Shown piece by piece: positions 46,419-55,883 of a DNA stretch of 64,000 nt. The notes beneath the pieces were generated by a model. The model saw only the letters and a list, made by a program, of their open reading frames with translations, made no database searches and was not told the origin of the DNA. Source of the stretch: Patescibacteria group bacterium (lineage in GTDB: Bacteria > Patescibacteriota > Dojkabacteria > GCA-002793355); assembly GCA_016860985.1 (NCBI GenBank), contig BOKM01000001.1:463462-527461 (forward strand). Reading direction: 5' to 3'. Positions within the stretch are counted from its first letter, which is position 1; each line of letters begins with the position of its first letter. The position numbers and the translations under genes were made by a program.

Positions 46419-47972
46419 TTGCATTACAATGGGCATATGAAACAGTCCCGAGCAAAAATTTTGCTCTTTTTATTACTCTCCGCAATTGCGATTCCGCTCA
46501 CAATAGTCGCATTACAACGCTTTAACATCTTTAATCCAAACGCAGCGGGTGCAACACCAGAACTTGTAATCATTTCGAACCTTACCGATGTCACTGCCTC
46601 AATTTCCTGGACTTCTGGAGAATCCGCAACACTCACAAACCTCCATTGGGGAGAGTCCACCTTACTGGGTAATGTTGAATCTGATTTGCGCGATAAACGT
46701 GACAAAACGACCAAATTGCGCACCACTCATTACGTGCAACTCACAGGATTACAGCCCAATACAACCTATTACTATCGAATAATTTCGGGCGAAACGACAT
46801 ACCCCGCAGAAGACCAGCCTCCTGCTACCTTTAAAACACTGGCTAGATCGTCAGCTACCCAACCGCTTTCGCTTACCGCCTACGGAGATATTGAAACACA
46901 AGAAGAAGACGTCGTTGTTATCGCCTATATTCCAGGAAAAACCGCCTATGCCGGAATTATTCCCCTCTCCACGGTACTCAACGACGATGGTACATGGCTA
47001 CTCAATGTTGCCTCCGCACGGAATACCGACGGAACTTATGTAGATCCAGCCGAGAATGGAGAGATTGCCCTACTTACCATTGGAGCCCAAGGAAAAGGCT
47101 CAATAAAAACATATTCAATTGCAGACAGCCCGCTCTCTTTAAACGCAACTGCAACACTAACACAAAGCGGACTAGACTCCATACTTCTTTCTGCGCCTAT
47201 CACCACGACTCCTACACCTACCAATACTCCAACCACCACGACCAAACCACGACAAGACGTTCCCCTCAGACCTCCAGGCTCAACAGTAACAGTTACACCC
47301 ACGACCTCAGGTACTGTGACTCCAACACCGACGACCACCATTCCACAATCAAATATTTCAAAGAGCCAACTCCTGGCATCTTTTGCCTCGCCTTCAGTAT
47401 CAAACGTGACCGACAGCTCACTTAGTATCATGTTTCTTACCACCACAAAAATTGTTGGAACTTTAAACTGGGGCACGAGTTCAACTTCGCTCACATCAAA
47501 CCGCCTTGATGACCGAGATACCTCGGCAGCAACCGCTCGATACATCCACCACTACACACTAACGGGACTTACAGCCAACAAACAGTACTTCTTTAAACCA
47601 ACCGCCGACCCAACAACTCGTACCTTTACAACTCCAGCCAAAATCGCGACGCCTTCGGGGCAAACCATTATTACCGGTAGTCTTACAAATGGGTCGGGAG
47701 AATGCTTAGTAAGAACTCAAATCCAGCGAAATTCGGTCTATTCTTCTGTAATAACGACCTTACCAAACTCGCTCAACTCATGGGCAGTAAATGTAATGCC
47801 TGTTCGAACTGCTGCACTTGATACCTTTATGATACCAGTCGCAACCGACACAGTACTTACAAACGCGTTTTGCTTTGAATCTAATGGCGATGTGTACTAC
47901 CAAGCAGATGCCACAACGGTACAACAAGCTGTAACAAGCGGGATTTCAATGACTTTGGTTAAACTTCAGTAG
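46419..47972 (+). CDS. secreted protein with two FN3/purple-acid-phosphatase-N-like beta domains and a Thr/Pro-rich linker
   Basis: Signal/TM (ILLFLLLSAIAIPLTIVAL). 'NLTDVTASISWTSGESATLTNLHWGES...LQPNTTYYYRI' and 'SNVTDSSLSIMFLTTT...LTANKQYFFKP' are fibronectin-III-like. Linker 'TTTPTPTNTPTTTTKP...TVTPTPTTT'. Confidence 0.55.
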   Translation: MHYNGHMKQSRAKILLFLLLSAIAIPLTIVALQRFNIFNPNAAGATPELVIISNLTDVTASISWTSGESATLTNLHWGESTLLGNVESDLRDKRDKTTKLRTTHYVQLTGLQPNTTYYYRIISGETTYPAEDQPPATFKTLARSSATQPLSLTAYGDIETQEEDVVVIAYIPGKTAYAGIIPLSTVLNDDGTWLLNVASARNTDGTYVDPAENGEIALLTIGAQGKGSIKTYSIADSPLSLNATATLTQSGLDSILLSAPITTTPTPTNTPTTTTKPRQDVPLRPPGSTVTVTPTTSGTVTPTPTTTIPQSNISKSQLLASFASPSVSNVTDSSLSIMFLTTTKIVGTLNWGTSSTSLTSNRLDDRDTSAATARYIHHYTLTGLTANKQYFFKPTADPTTRTFTTPAKIATPSGQTIITGSLTNGSGECLVRTQIQRNSVYSSVITTLPNSLNSWAVNVMPVRTAALDTFMIPVATDTVLTNAFCFESNGDVYYQADATTVQQAVTSGISMTLVKLQ

Positions 47973-48666
47973 TGGCAACAACACGCTGCTCATACTGTTT
48001 TCGAGGATAGAGATACCATCCGATACCTGCAATAACAACCGCAACACCTACAATAATTCGAGGATCAACGCCAAGATTATCTGGTGGTTTTGGAGTCGGA
48101 GTCGCAATACTGTTTACGACAGAATAAGCCCCATCTTGAGGTGCAGTCATAATAAAGGTTGGAGGGCTGTTTGAGTCTTTAATACCAGACATACCATCTG
48201 CTTCGCGACCATTAAACATAAACGAAAGATCGGCAGTACCAGTTTTTTTTGCTTTAAATGTAACACGCGCAAACATGTTTCCCGCCGTTGTGATTTCTGG
48301 GTATGGACATGAGGTTTCTCCGGTAGAAATGCCGGTAATCATCAACTGCCCTTCTTCGTTATCGGCTATGTAGTTATCTTCGTCTGTTGGGTAGTTACAA
48401 AATAGACTTCCTGCCTCTACAGCTTGCGGAATTTCGAGCATAGTTGGATCAAAAACCAGGATTGCGCGTGCGTAGCTGATTTGCTTATTCGCCGTTGCTT
48501 TAAGATTGATTACCACATCAAACGACGTGTTTTTTACGACTGTTTTTGTCTTTGGAGATAACGCAAACGTAACCGTTGCACTTTGCGCAGCCACAGGGAG
48601 TATCCCCAAAGAAGCCACATAAAGTACAAACATTAAAATTGAGAAAAATCGTATGCACCAGTTCAT
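47959..48666 (-). CDS. secreted cohesin/Ig-like domain protein with a C-terminal TM anchor
   Basis: Signal peptide, beta-sandwich-like 'TVTFALSPKTKTVVKNTSFDVVINLKATANKQISYARAILVFDP', and a C-terminal 'IIVGVAVVIAGIGWYLY' anchor. Confidence 0.45.
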   Translation of the reverse strand: MNWCIRFFSILMFVLYVASLGILPVAAQSATVTFALSPKTKTVVKNTSFDVVINLKATANKQISYARAILVFDPTMLEIPQAVEAGSLFCNYPTDEDNYIADNEEGQLMITGISTGETSCPYPEITTAGNMFARVTFKAKKTGTADLSFMFNGREADGMSGIKDSNSPPTFIMTAPQDGAYSVVNSIATPTPKPPDNLGVDPRIIVGVAVVIAGIGWYLYPRKQYEQRVVATTEV

Positions 48667-48713
48667 ATCTGCATTATAGTAGCACGACCACGCAATACAT
48701 GCTACATTCAGTC

Positions 48714-49565
48714 ATGCCATTTCAAATGAAGAAACAATTTGGCCAACATTTTTTGCGGCAAGTTCCCAAGGAAGTTCTTTTTCCACTTGATGTGCTCGAA
48801 CAGCGCCAGTCTCTGCAAAAGAATACCTCCATCACTATTTATGAAATTGGACCTGGAAGCGGCGTGGTCACTCAAGCCGTTGTGCAGCAACTTCTCCCCT
48901 TCTCACACCTTTCGATAACCTACGAAGTCGTTGATATCGACCTTGAAGCAATACAAACTACCAAAGAACTTATCGCCGGCATGGCTCTACCAAAACGTTT
49001 CAAATTCATTTATACCCACAAAGACGTGCTAAAGCACTCGCCAACCGCGGTTGACAAAGCAGAATTTATCTACATATTTGGTTCACTGCCTTACAATATT
49101 TCCAAGAAAATTGTAAACGCTACCAAACATTTTTCTATAAAACTCTCTCAAAAAAGTGTACTGCTGCCTTCTCGCTTTATTATTCAAAAAGAGGTTGCAG
49201 AAGATTATGTTTCGGCGCCACCGAGCGCAGCTTTTTTGGGCGCCGACCTCTCTCTTTTTGCGGATTATCGGAAAATCACAAAGAAATTACCTCCAGGAGC
49301 TTTTTTTCCACCTCCAAAGGTCGAAAGTGCCGTGCTTGAGATAGGGTGGAAGTCTCTAAAAAATACCGAAGGTGATAAAGCTCTGGAGTTAGCCAAAGTG
49401 ATTCGCCAAGGATTTATCGCAAAAAGAAAGGTTATTGGTTCTGTATTTAAAAATCGGATTAGCGAAAAAAAGAAGACGCCGACGCTTGAACATCTCATGC
49501 ACCTTCGTGCTCACGAGGTGTCTCTTGCCGAATGGGAGTTGATTTTTCACTCACTTGGTAAATAG
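48714..49565 (+). CDS. rsmA: 16S rRNA (adenine1518/1519-N6)-dimethyltransferase KsgA/RsmA
   Basis: N-terminal 'KKQFGQHFL' KsgA signature and the SAM motif 'IYEIGPGSGVVT'. Start set at the Met giving MPFQMKKQFGQHFL. Confidence 0.85.
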   Translation: MPFQMKKQFGQHFLRQVPKEVLFPLDVLEQRQSLQKNTSITIYEIGPGSGVVTQAVVQQLLPFSHLSITYEVVDIDLEAIQTTKELIAGMALPKRFKFIYTHKDVLKHSPTAVDKAEFIYIFGSLPYNISKKIVNATKHFSIKLSQKSVLLPSRFIIQKEVAEDYVSAPPSAAFLGADLSLFADYRKITKKLPPGAFFPPPKVESAVLEIGWKSLKNTEGDKALELAKVIRQGFIAKRKVIGSVFKNRISEKKKTPTLEHLMHLRAHEVSLAEWELIFHSLGK

Positions 49566-49575
49566 CCGGGATTCA

Positions 49576-50004
49576 TTATGCAATAAATTTCTTCATCACC
49601 ACGAGTGCAGCGTACACAATCTGTTCATTGTCACCATAAACCTGTAATCCTTCATGCACAACTTCGTTACGCATATGGTGAAATTGCTTAAGAACTCTGA
49701 ATTGGTCGTATGTGAGAGTGTTTCTTTCAAGGGCGGAACGCAATTGTTGCTTCACACTTGAATCTTTTAGTCCGTAATTCCACAGAATTTGAGAAAGCAC
49801 TCGGTCTGCAGAGATGGTTAACTTATGAAGTCGAAGACGTTTTTTCTCTAAATCCTTTTCGGTATGAGCAATAAAATACTCGTCGATCAAACCTTTTACT
49901 GCTACTTCAAGGTACTTTGTATTGGGGTTAAGCCTTTTGGGAATAACGACCGCTGCAAGATAAATAAACAAAAGTAACAACGCAGCAAGAATATAGTAGA
50001 ACAT
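49576..50004 (-). CDS. membrane-anchored HEPN-domain protein (HepT/DUF86-like)
   Basis: N-terminal TM helix (YYILAALLLLFIYLAAVVI). The C-terminal 'HHMRNEVVHEGLQVY' matches the HepT R-N-x-x-x-H-x-Y motif. Confidence 0.5.
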   Translation of the reverse strand: MFYYILAALLLLFIYLAAVVIPKRLNPNTKYLEVAVKGLIDEYFIAHTEKDLEKKRLRLHKLTISADRVLSQILWNYGLKDSSVKQQLRSALERNTLTYDQFRVLKQFHHMRNEVVHEGLQVYGDNEQIVYAALVVMKKFIA

Positions 50005-50046
50005 GATTTTATTATAGCCGTCTATCCGATGTTTGTCACAAAGAGT

Positions 50047-50769
50047 CTAGCTCCCGCCAAAGCGTCGCTGCCTTTCGTAATATTCACCCACAACTTCCTT
50101 TAATTTTTGCTTCGTAAGATCTGGAAAGTTTATCGGAAGAAAACAAAGCTCTGCGTATCCCGATTGATAGGCCATAAACCCAGAAGTTCGTTGTTCTCCG
50201 GAGGTTCTGATAATAAAGTCTGGATTAGGAACTCCCTTTGTATCGAGGTATTCGGAGAACATATCTGTTGTAATGTCATCCGGCTGCAATTTACCAGCCT
50301 GAACATCCTCGATGATTTGTTTTGTTGCCCTTACCACTTCGTCTTGCCCACCGTAATCAAGCCCGACAATGTAGTGCCACTCTGTAAAATGCGCGGTGTC
50401 TTTTTCTAGCTGGGTTAAACCTTCAAGCAAATCAGGTGCGAGTCGATCCTTTCTACCAATGTGGCGAAAGTTAATCTTGTATTTGATAATGTCATCGCGT
50501 TTTTTCTTTATAAAATCTCGAAAAAGATTCATTAATTGCTCGACTTCTTCTGGACCGCGCTTCCAATTTTCCGTTGAAAATCCCCACATTGAAAGGTAGG
50601 GAATTCCGAGTTCTTGGCATGCTTCAAGTATTCCTTGGATATTTTCGGCTCCTCTGCGATGCCCCTCCCATGTTGGAAGCCCTTTCGCACGTGCCCAGCG
50701 TCTATCGCCATCGGGCATAATAACAAGGTGCTTTAAAGGAATCACCTGTTCTTCTTTATTTTCAAGCAT
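50047..50769 (-). CDS. uppS: undecaprenyl-diphosphate synthase (cis-prenyltransferase)
   Basis: 'HLVIMPDGDRRWARAKG', 'MWGFSTENWKR' and the C-terminal 'RRFGG'. Start set to the internal Met; the track ORF extends to 50817. Confidence 0.85.
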   Translation of the reverse strand: MLENKEEQVIPLKHLVIMPDGDRRWARAKGLPTWEGHRRGAENIQGILEACQELGIPYLSMWGFSTENWKRGPEEVEQLMNLFRDFIKKKRDDIIKYKINFRHIGRKDRLAPDLLEGLTQLEKDTAHFTEWHYIVGLDYGGQDEVVRATKQIIEDVQAGKLQPDDITTDMFSEYLDTKGVPNPDFIIRTSGEQRTSGFMAYQSGYAELCFLPINFPDLTKQKLKEVVGEYYERQRRFGGS

Positions 50770-50852
50770 GACATTTTTTGTAGATTTATACTGGATGCCA
50801 GTCAAGTAGAGTACCATATAAACGCGAAAAAGGCACCATTACCAACAGTAAG

Positions 50853-52673
50853 CTAGATTCCTTTTAACTCATCGACGGTTGTTGCCTGTTCCGCCTTCTT
50901 TTCCCTGAATTTTTTAAACCTTGGAAAGCGAAGTGCATAACCTGAAGAATGAAGGGGGCTTTTGGTTATTTCGTCTGCTTCGACTTCTACTACAAGCGAG
51001 GGCAATAAATAAACATCTGGAGTGAGCGACTTAGGAATAACTACATTATCCAGTTTTCTATCGGTCTTTACCTCGTCACAGGCTGCTTTAATGATTTTCC
51101 ATTGCTCGTGTGTAACCCCCGTGCCTATTTTTGTTACGGTTAGGTACTCATCTGTCTCTCGGTTATAAACAGCAGCAAGCAGTGCACCGATACCAAATTG
51201 GGCGAGTTTTCCTTCTCCGCGATAATAACCTACCAAAACGATATCAACCGTATCTGCGAGTTCTTTTTTCATCGCTTTTTTATATTTTAACCAATCAAAG
51301 TTACGCGTTCCTGGAGTATAAATAGATGACGTATCCTTAAAAATGACTCCCTCTAAACCCTCTGCCACATATTCAAGGAAAAGTTTTTCCGCCTCAGCAA
51401 CATCTTTTGGATAATGAATTGGAGTTTTAACAATTGTACGTTGAACCTCCTGATTTTCGTCGAGAAAAGTTAAGAGTTCTTTTCGAACTGAAAGTGATTT
51501 GTCCATCAAATTTTCATTATTTACCAAAAGAATATCAAAAGAGAAGACTTTAACAGGAACTTCGTTTGCTGCACCTTCTACCCCGTGTTTCCGCTTGCGA
51601 GTCATTGTTTGTTGGAAAGGAAGATACTCCTGAACGATATCATTGTAACCGATGACTTCACCATCGAGCACAATGGATTCAACAGAGACACCGTGCTTTT
51701 TTTCATACTGCAGTGGAAGCTTCTTTGCTGCTTCTACGACTTCGGGGAACATTTCGGTCATATTTTCGAGATTGCGGGAAAAAAGCATAACTGAGTAATC
51801 CTCTTTTTCATTCTGTTCTGGTTGAGAAAAAAGGCTAAGATTCGCTTCTTTTGACTTATCTTCGTGTGAAAAGTATGGTTGCCAAACTCTTTCTGCATAG
51901 ACGTTTTCAAGAACCTTTTCTTTGAATACGTGGAGTTGTATTCGCAAACCGTCATATTTTGGCTCTTCAATTGGCTCTGGAATTCTTTTGTAGATAGACT
52001 CGATTGAATCTTCACGTTCAACCAGCTTTGCTGAGACAGGAATTCCTGGTGAAAATACTGATCGTTCCGGGGCTGCTTCGCCATACTTTAGAGAGAGATA
52101 CACTGTATGCCCAATATCTGAACAATTCGCAAACAGCTTTTTTAGCTCGTCATTTTTTGTCCCCTGTAATGCGCCGAGTGCCTCAAGTATGGTTCTTTCG
52201 CTTGCTCCAAGCCGAAGTTTGCTGTTCACAATTCGCAGTGTATACTTGCCCGCTAGAGGTGAGCATCTTTTTAGCAGATTAATTAGTAATTCTTGTTTCT
52301 TTGCCTGTGAGCCTGTCCCTTTGGTTTTTGCAACATCCCACAAGAGAGAGTAGTAGTCGAGTAGGGTAAGGTCAGTCTCTTGTTTTGGTGCGTAGGCCTC
52401 CCATACTGAACCGATATCACCATATGTGGTTAAATCTTGCACAACATCTTTACCCAAGAGTGTTTCGACAACAGTTCGCAACGTTTTATCAGACAATTGA
52501 AACTCAACCGCAATAAATTCAGGGACAATTCTTCCTATTATCAAATATGCCGTAATTGCACCTTCTTCAGGGGTTGCCTGACGGAAATAATCAGTTAAAA
52601 GGGCCTGCATTTCGAGTCTTTTTGGTGTTTTCTCAATTGCCGAAAATAATTCCATTACTGTTGTCAGTTGCAT
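50853..52673 (-). CDS. ATP-dependent DNA ligase (archaeal/eukaryal LigB-type)
   Basis: Adenylation motif I 'EPKYDGLRIQLHV' (KxDG), downstream OB-domain motifs and a length of ~606 aa. Start chosen at an internal Met. Confidence 0.85.
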   Translation of the reverse strand: MQLTTVMELFSAIEKTPKRLEMQALLTDYFRQATPEEGAITAYLIIGRIVPEFIAVEFQLSDKTLRTVVETLLGKDVVQDLTTYGDIGSVWEAYAPKQETDLTLLDYYSLLWDVAKTKGTGSQAKKQELLINLLKRCSPLAGKYTLRIVNSKLRLGASERTILEALGALQGTKNDELKKLFANCSDIGHTVYLSLKYGEAAPERSVFSPGIPVSAKLVEREDSIESIYKRIPEPIEEPKYDGLRIQLHVFKEKVLENVYAERVWQPYFSHEDKSKEANLSLFSQPEQNEKEDYSVMLFSRNLENMTEMFPEVVEAAKKLPLQYEKKHGVSVESIVLDGEVIGYNDIVQEYLPFQQTMTRKRKHGVEGAANEVPVKVFSFDILLVNNENLMDKSLSVRKELLTFLDENQEVQRTIVKTPIHYPKDVAEAEKLFLEYVAEGLEGVIFKDTSSIYTPGTRNFDWLKYKKAMKKELADTVDIVLVGYYRGEGKLAQFGIGALLAAVYNRETDEYLTVTKIGTGVTHEQWKIIKAACDEVKTDRKLDNVVIPKSLTPDVYLLPSLVVEVEADEITKSPLHSSGYALRFPRFKKFREKKAEQATTVDELKGI

Positions 52674-52749
52674 ACAGGATTGTACCACTAGCAGCCGAAA
52701 TTGCCGTAGTATTTTACTTACACACTGCCACGTTATATAATTACTCAGT

Positions 52750-52946
52750 ACGCATTGACCCAGCAATCACTGGTGAGCGTCAGGAAGAAATGCACATTAG
52801 CATTGTAGAACCTGTCGGCGACCTCCGAACCAACTGGTTAAGCCATTTAGGCTAAGGGATACAAAAACGTATCTGAACGAGGGTGGTACCGTGAGCTAAA
52901 TCACTCACCCCTCTATAGGGATTTGCATTAATTTACTATAGAGGCC
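52750..52946 (+). promoter_or_regulatory. T-box leader (translational type) upstream of ileS
   Basis: Conserved T-box sequence 'AACGAGGGTGGTACCGTGAG' at ~52876-52895 (consensus AGGGUGGNACCGCG with the UGGN bulge). Antisequestrator arms are GAGGG/CCCTC and GTGAG/CTCAC. A mutually exclusive 9-bp helix CCTCTATAG (52909-52918) / CTATAGAGG (52935-52943) sequesters the SD 'AGAGG', 7 nt before the ATG at 52947. A candidate AUC specifier lies in a CAAUCA loop at ~52764-52769. Confidence 0.55.
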
Positions 52947-55883
52947 ATGGCACACAACGAATTTACACTCCCGAATGTCCGCAATTTTTACACTGACGTC
53001 GAACAACCTATTCTATCGTTTTGGAAAGAGAACAAAATCTTCGAAAAATCAGTAGATCAGCGCAGTGACAAGGATCGATTTGTATTCTACGACGGTCCTC
53101 CCTTTGTTACTGGTTTACCCCATTATGGGCACTTGCTTGCGAGCGTACTCAAAGACATCGTCCCTCGTTACCAAACAATGAAAGGCAAGAAAGTCGAGAG
53201 ACTCTGGGGTTGGGATTGTCACGGCATTCCAATTGAAGAGATGGTCGAAAGAAAATACAAAACAAAGAACCGAAGAGAAATCGAATCACGGGTTGGCATC
53301 AAAGAGTTTATAGAAGCCTGTGCGTCATATGTCACCGATGTTTCGGGAGAATGGGAGTGGTATATCGACAGAATCGCGCGCTGGGTCGATATGAAAAAAC
53401 CATACAGAACAATGGACCTTTCCTACATGGAAACAGTGATGTGGGTGTTTAAGCAATTCTACGAAAAAGGGTTAGTCTATAAAGGAAAACGCGTTTCTTT
53501 GTACTGCACCCGCTGTGGTACGCCTCTCTCAAACTTTGAAATCGCTATGGACAACTCGTACCGAGACCTTGAAGATCCTTCAGTATTTGTGAAATTCCCC
53601 GTCAAAGATGAAAAGAATACCTACATACTCGCATGGACAACAACACCATGGACTCTTCCGGCAAACAGTGCGTTGGTAGTTAATCAAGAGGCAGATTATG
53701 TAAAAGTAAAATCCGGCACCGATTCTATGTACCTTGCAAAAGCTCTCGTAGAAAAAGTCTTTAAAGATTTAGAATACACGGTAGAAGACGAAGTAAAAGG
53801 AGCAGCATTGATTGGGCTACATTACGAACCATTATTCAACTACTTTACTGCAGGGGAGCATGATTATCAGGTTTATCACGCAGATTTTGTCAGCATGGAA
53901 GAAGGTACAGGAATAATCCACATGGCTCCTGGATTTGGTGAGGACGACACTGCGCTCGGAAAGCAAATCGGGTTATCCATGCACGAAACAATCGACGACG
54001 AAGGAAGGCTTATACCCGAAGTTACTGATTATGCAGGCAAGTACTTTAAAGAAGCCGATCCATTTATCTCCGAAGACTTAACAAAGCGAGGTCTTATGCT
54101 AAAAGCGGAGCGAATCGTTCACAGTTATCCTATCTGTCACCGATGCAAAACACCTCTTGTTTATAAAGCACAGGACTCTTGGTATGTGAATATCCAGCAA
54201 ATTAAGGACCAACTCTACAAAAACAACGAAAATATCAACTGGATTCCAGAACATATCAAACACGGAAGATTTGAAGATGCGATTAAAACCTTCCCAGATT
54301 GGGGTATTTCAAGAACTCGTTATTGGGCAACTCCGATGCCAATTTGGGAATGTGACTCCTGTGACCACCAGGAAGTGTTAGGCTCAGTAGCAGAAATTGA
54401 AGAGCGATCAGGCAAAAAAGTTACAGACCTTCATCGTCCATACATAGATGAGCATACGTACGCTTGTAAAAAGTGTGAGAAAGGAACAATGAAGCGTGTC
54501 GCAGAGGTTGTTGATAGCTGGTTGGAATCAGCCTCCATGCCGTTTGCGCAATTCCACTATCCCTTTGAAAACAAAGAAAAGTTTGAAGCCAACTTCCCCG
54601 GTGATTTTATTACCGAATACGTGGGGCAAACGAGAGCTTGGTTTAACGTGATGCACGTGGTTTCAACTATACTTTTCGGTACAAATGCCTTCAACAATGT
54701 AATCTGCACAGGCGTTATCAAAGGAACCGATGGCCAAAAAATGAGTAAAAGCCTTGGCAACTACCCAGACCCTCGAGGTGTTATCGAAAAATACGGTGGC
54801 GACGCATTCAGACTCTATATTGCAGGAAGCGTATTACCATTAGGTGAGGACTTGAACGTTTCTGAAGAATCAATATCTGCCCCCGGAAAAGAGATTCTCA
54901 TGCCACTAATGAATACATACAAGTACTTTGCGTTATACGCCAATCAACATACCTTTGCTTTTGACCAAAATGCAAAATCGGAGCATGTACTCGATAGGTG
55001 GATTCTTGCACGTGTTAATTCTGTTGTTAGAACAATAGATTCAATGATTGCCGGATATACACTTCCAAAGGCAATTGCAGAGATTAAGCCCCTTGTAGAC
55101 GACATTTCCACTTGGTACATCCGAAGATCCCGAGATCGTTTTGTTGAGGGTGATAACAATGCATTGCAAACGTTATATCAAGTACTTCTTCTTGTGGTTA
55201 CCGCAATAGCACCAATCTCACCGTTTATAGCAGAGTATCTTTACCAAGAGTTAAAACGTGCGTTACCTACAGACCTTCAACAGGAATCAGTGCACCTACT
55301 CCTTTTCCCGTCACTTGCAGAGCAAACTGCAGAAGAACAATCAGTCCTAGCAACAATGGAACTTGCACGAAAGGCTGCATCGCTTGGGCAAAGTATTCGA
55401 GTAGAAAAAGCAATTGCACTCAAACAACCGCTTAGCCAAATGTTAGTTAATACAAAGGAGAAGCTCACAGCAGAATACCTAGACCTTTTATCAGAAGAGC
55501 TTAATGTTCAGGAGACACTCGCCGTGACCGAATTAACAGAAAAAGAGTTTTTGGCGGTTAAGAAAGATCAAGGAATAGAAGTCGGCTTAAATCTCGAAAT
55601 TACACCAGAACTTGCAGAAAAAGGGTTACTTCGCGAAGTGACAAGAGCGATCCAAGCCTCAAGAAAGAATGCTTCTCTCCAAATCGGGCAACATGCAAAG
55701 GTGCGAATTTTCACAGAAAGTACCGCAATCAAGGAACTTGTTGCAAAATACGGCACAGAGCTAAAGCAGGGAACACTCCTCGAAAGCATCGATACCGTTC
55801 AGCAACCACTTGGTGAAAACGCATTTACAGCAGCTGTAGGGCCACAGAAAGAGCAATTATCCATTGAAGTCACGCCACTTTAG
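52947..55883 (+). CDS. ileS: isoleucyl-tRNA synthetase, type 2 (archaeal/eukaryal-like)
   Basis: 'FYDGPPFVTGLPHYGHLLAS' (HIGH), 'KMSKSLGN', a CP1 editing region and a length of 978 aa without a bacterial C-terminal Zn domain. Confidence 0.95.
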   Translation: MAHNEFTLPNVRNFYTDVEQPILSFWKENKIFEKSVDQRSDKDRFVFYDGPPFVTGLPHYGHLLASVLKDIVPRYQTMKGKKVERLWGWDCHGIPIEEMVERKYKTKNRREIESRVGIKEFIEACASYVTDVSGEWEWYIDRIARWVDMKKPYRTMDLSYMETVMWVFKQFYEKGLVYKGKRVSLYCTRCGTPLSNFEIAMDNSYRDLEDPSVFVKFPVKDEKNTYILAWTTTPWTLPANSALVVNQEADYVKVKSGTDSMYLAKALVEKVFKDLEYTVEDEVKGAALIGLHYEPLFNYFTAGEHDYQVYHADFVSMEEGTGIIHMAPGFGEDDTALGKQIGLSMHETIDDEGRLIPEVTDYAGKYFKEADPFISEDLTKRGLMLKAERIVHSYPICHRCKTPLVYKAQDSWYVNIQQIKDQLYKNNENINWIPEHIKHGRFEDAIKTFPDWGISRTRYWATPMPIWECDSCDHQEVLGSVAEIEERSGKKVTDLHRPYIDEHTYACKKCEKGTMKRVAEVVDSWLESASMPFAQFHYPFENKEKFEANFPGDFITEYVGQTRAWFNVMHVVSTILFGTNAFNNVICTGVIKGTDGQKMSKSLGNYPDPRGVIEKYGGDAFRLYIAGSVLPLGEDLNVSEESISAPGKEILMPLMNTYKYFALYANQHTFAFDQNAKSEHVLDRWILARVNSVVRTIDSMIAGYTLPKAIAEIKPLVDDISTWYIRRSRDRFVEGDNNALQTLYQVLLLVVTAIAPISPFIAEYLYQELKRALPTDLQQESVHLLLFPSLAEQTAEEQSVLATMELARKAASLGQSIRVEKAIALKQPLSQMLVNTKEKLTAEYLDLLSEELNVQETLAVTELTEKEFLAVKKDQGIEVGLNLEITPELAEKGLLREVTRAIQASRKNASLQIGQHAKVRIFTESTAIKELVAKYGTELKQGTLLESIDTVQQPLGENAFTAAVGPQKEQLSIEVTPL

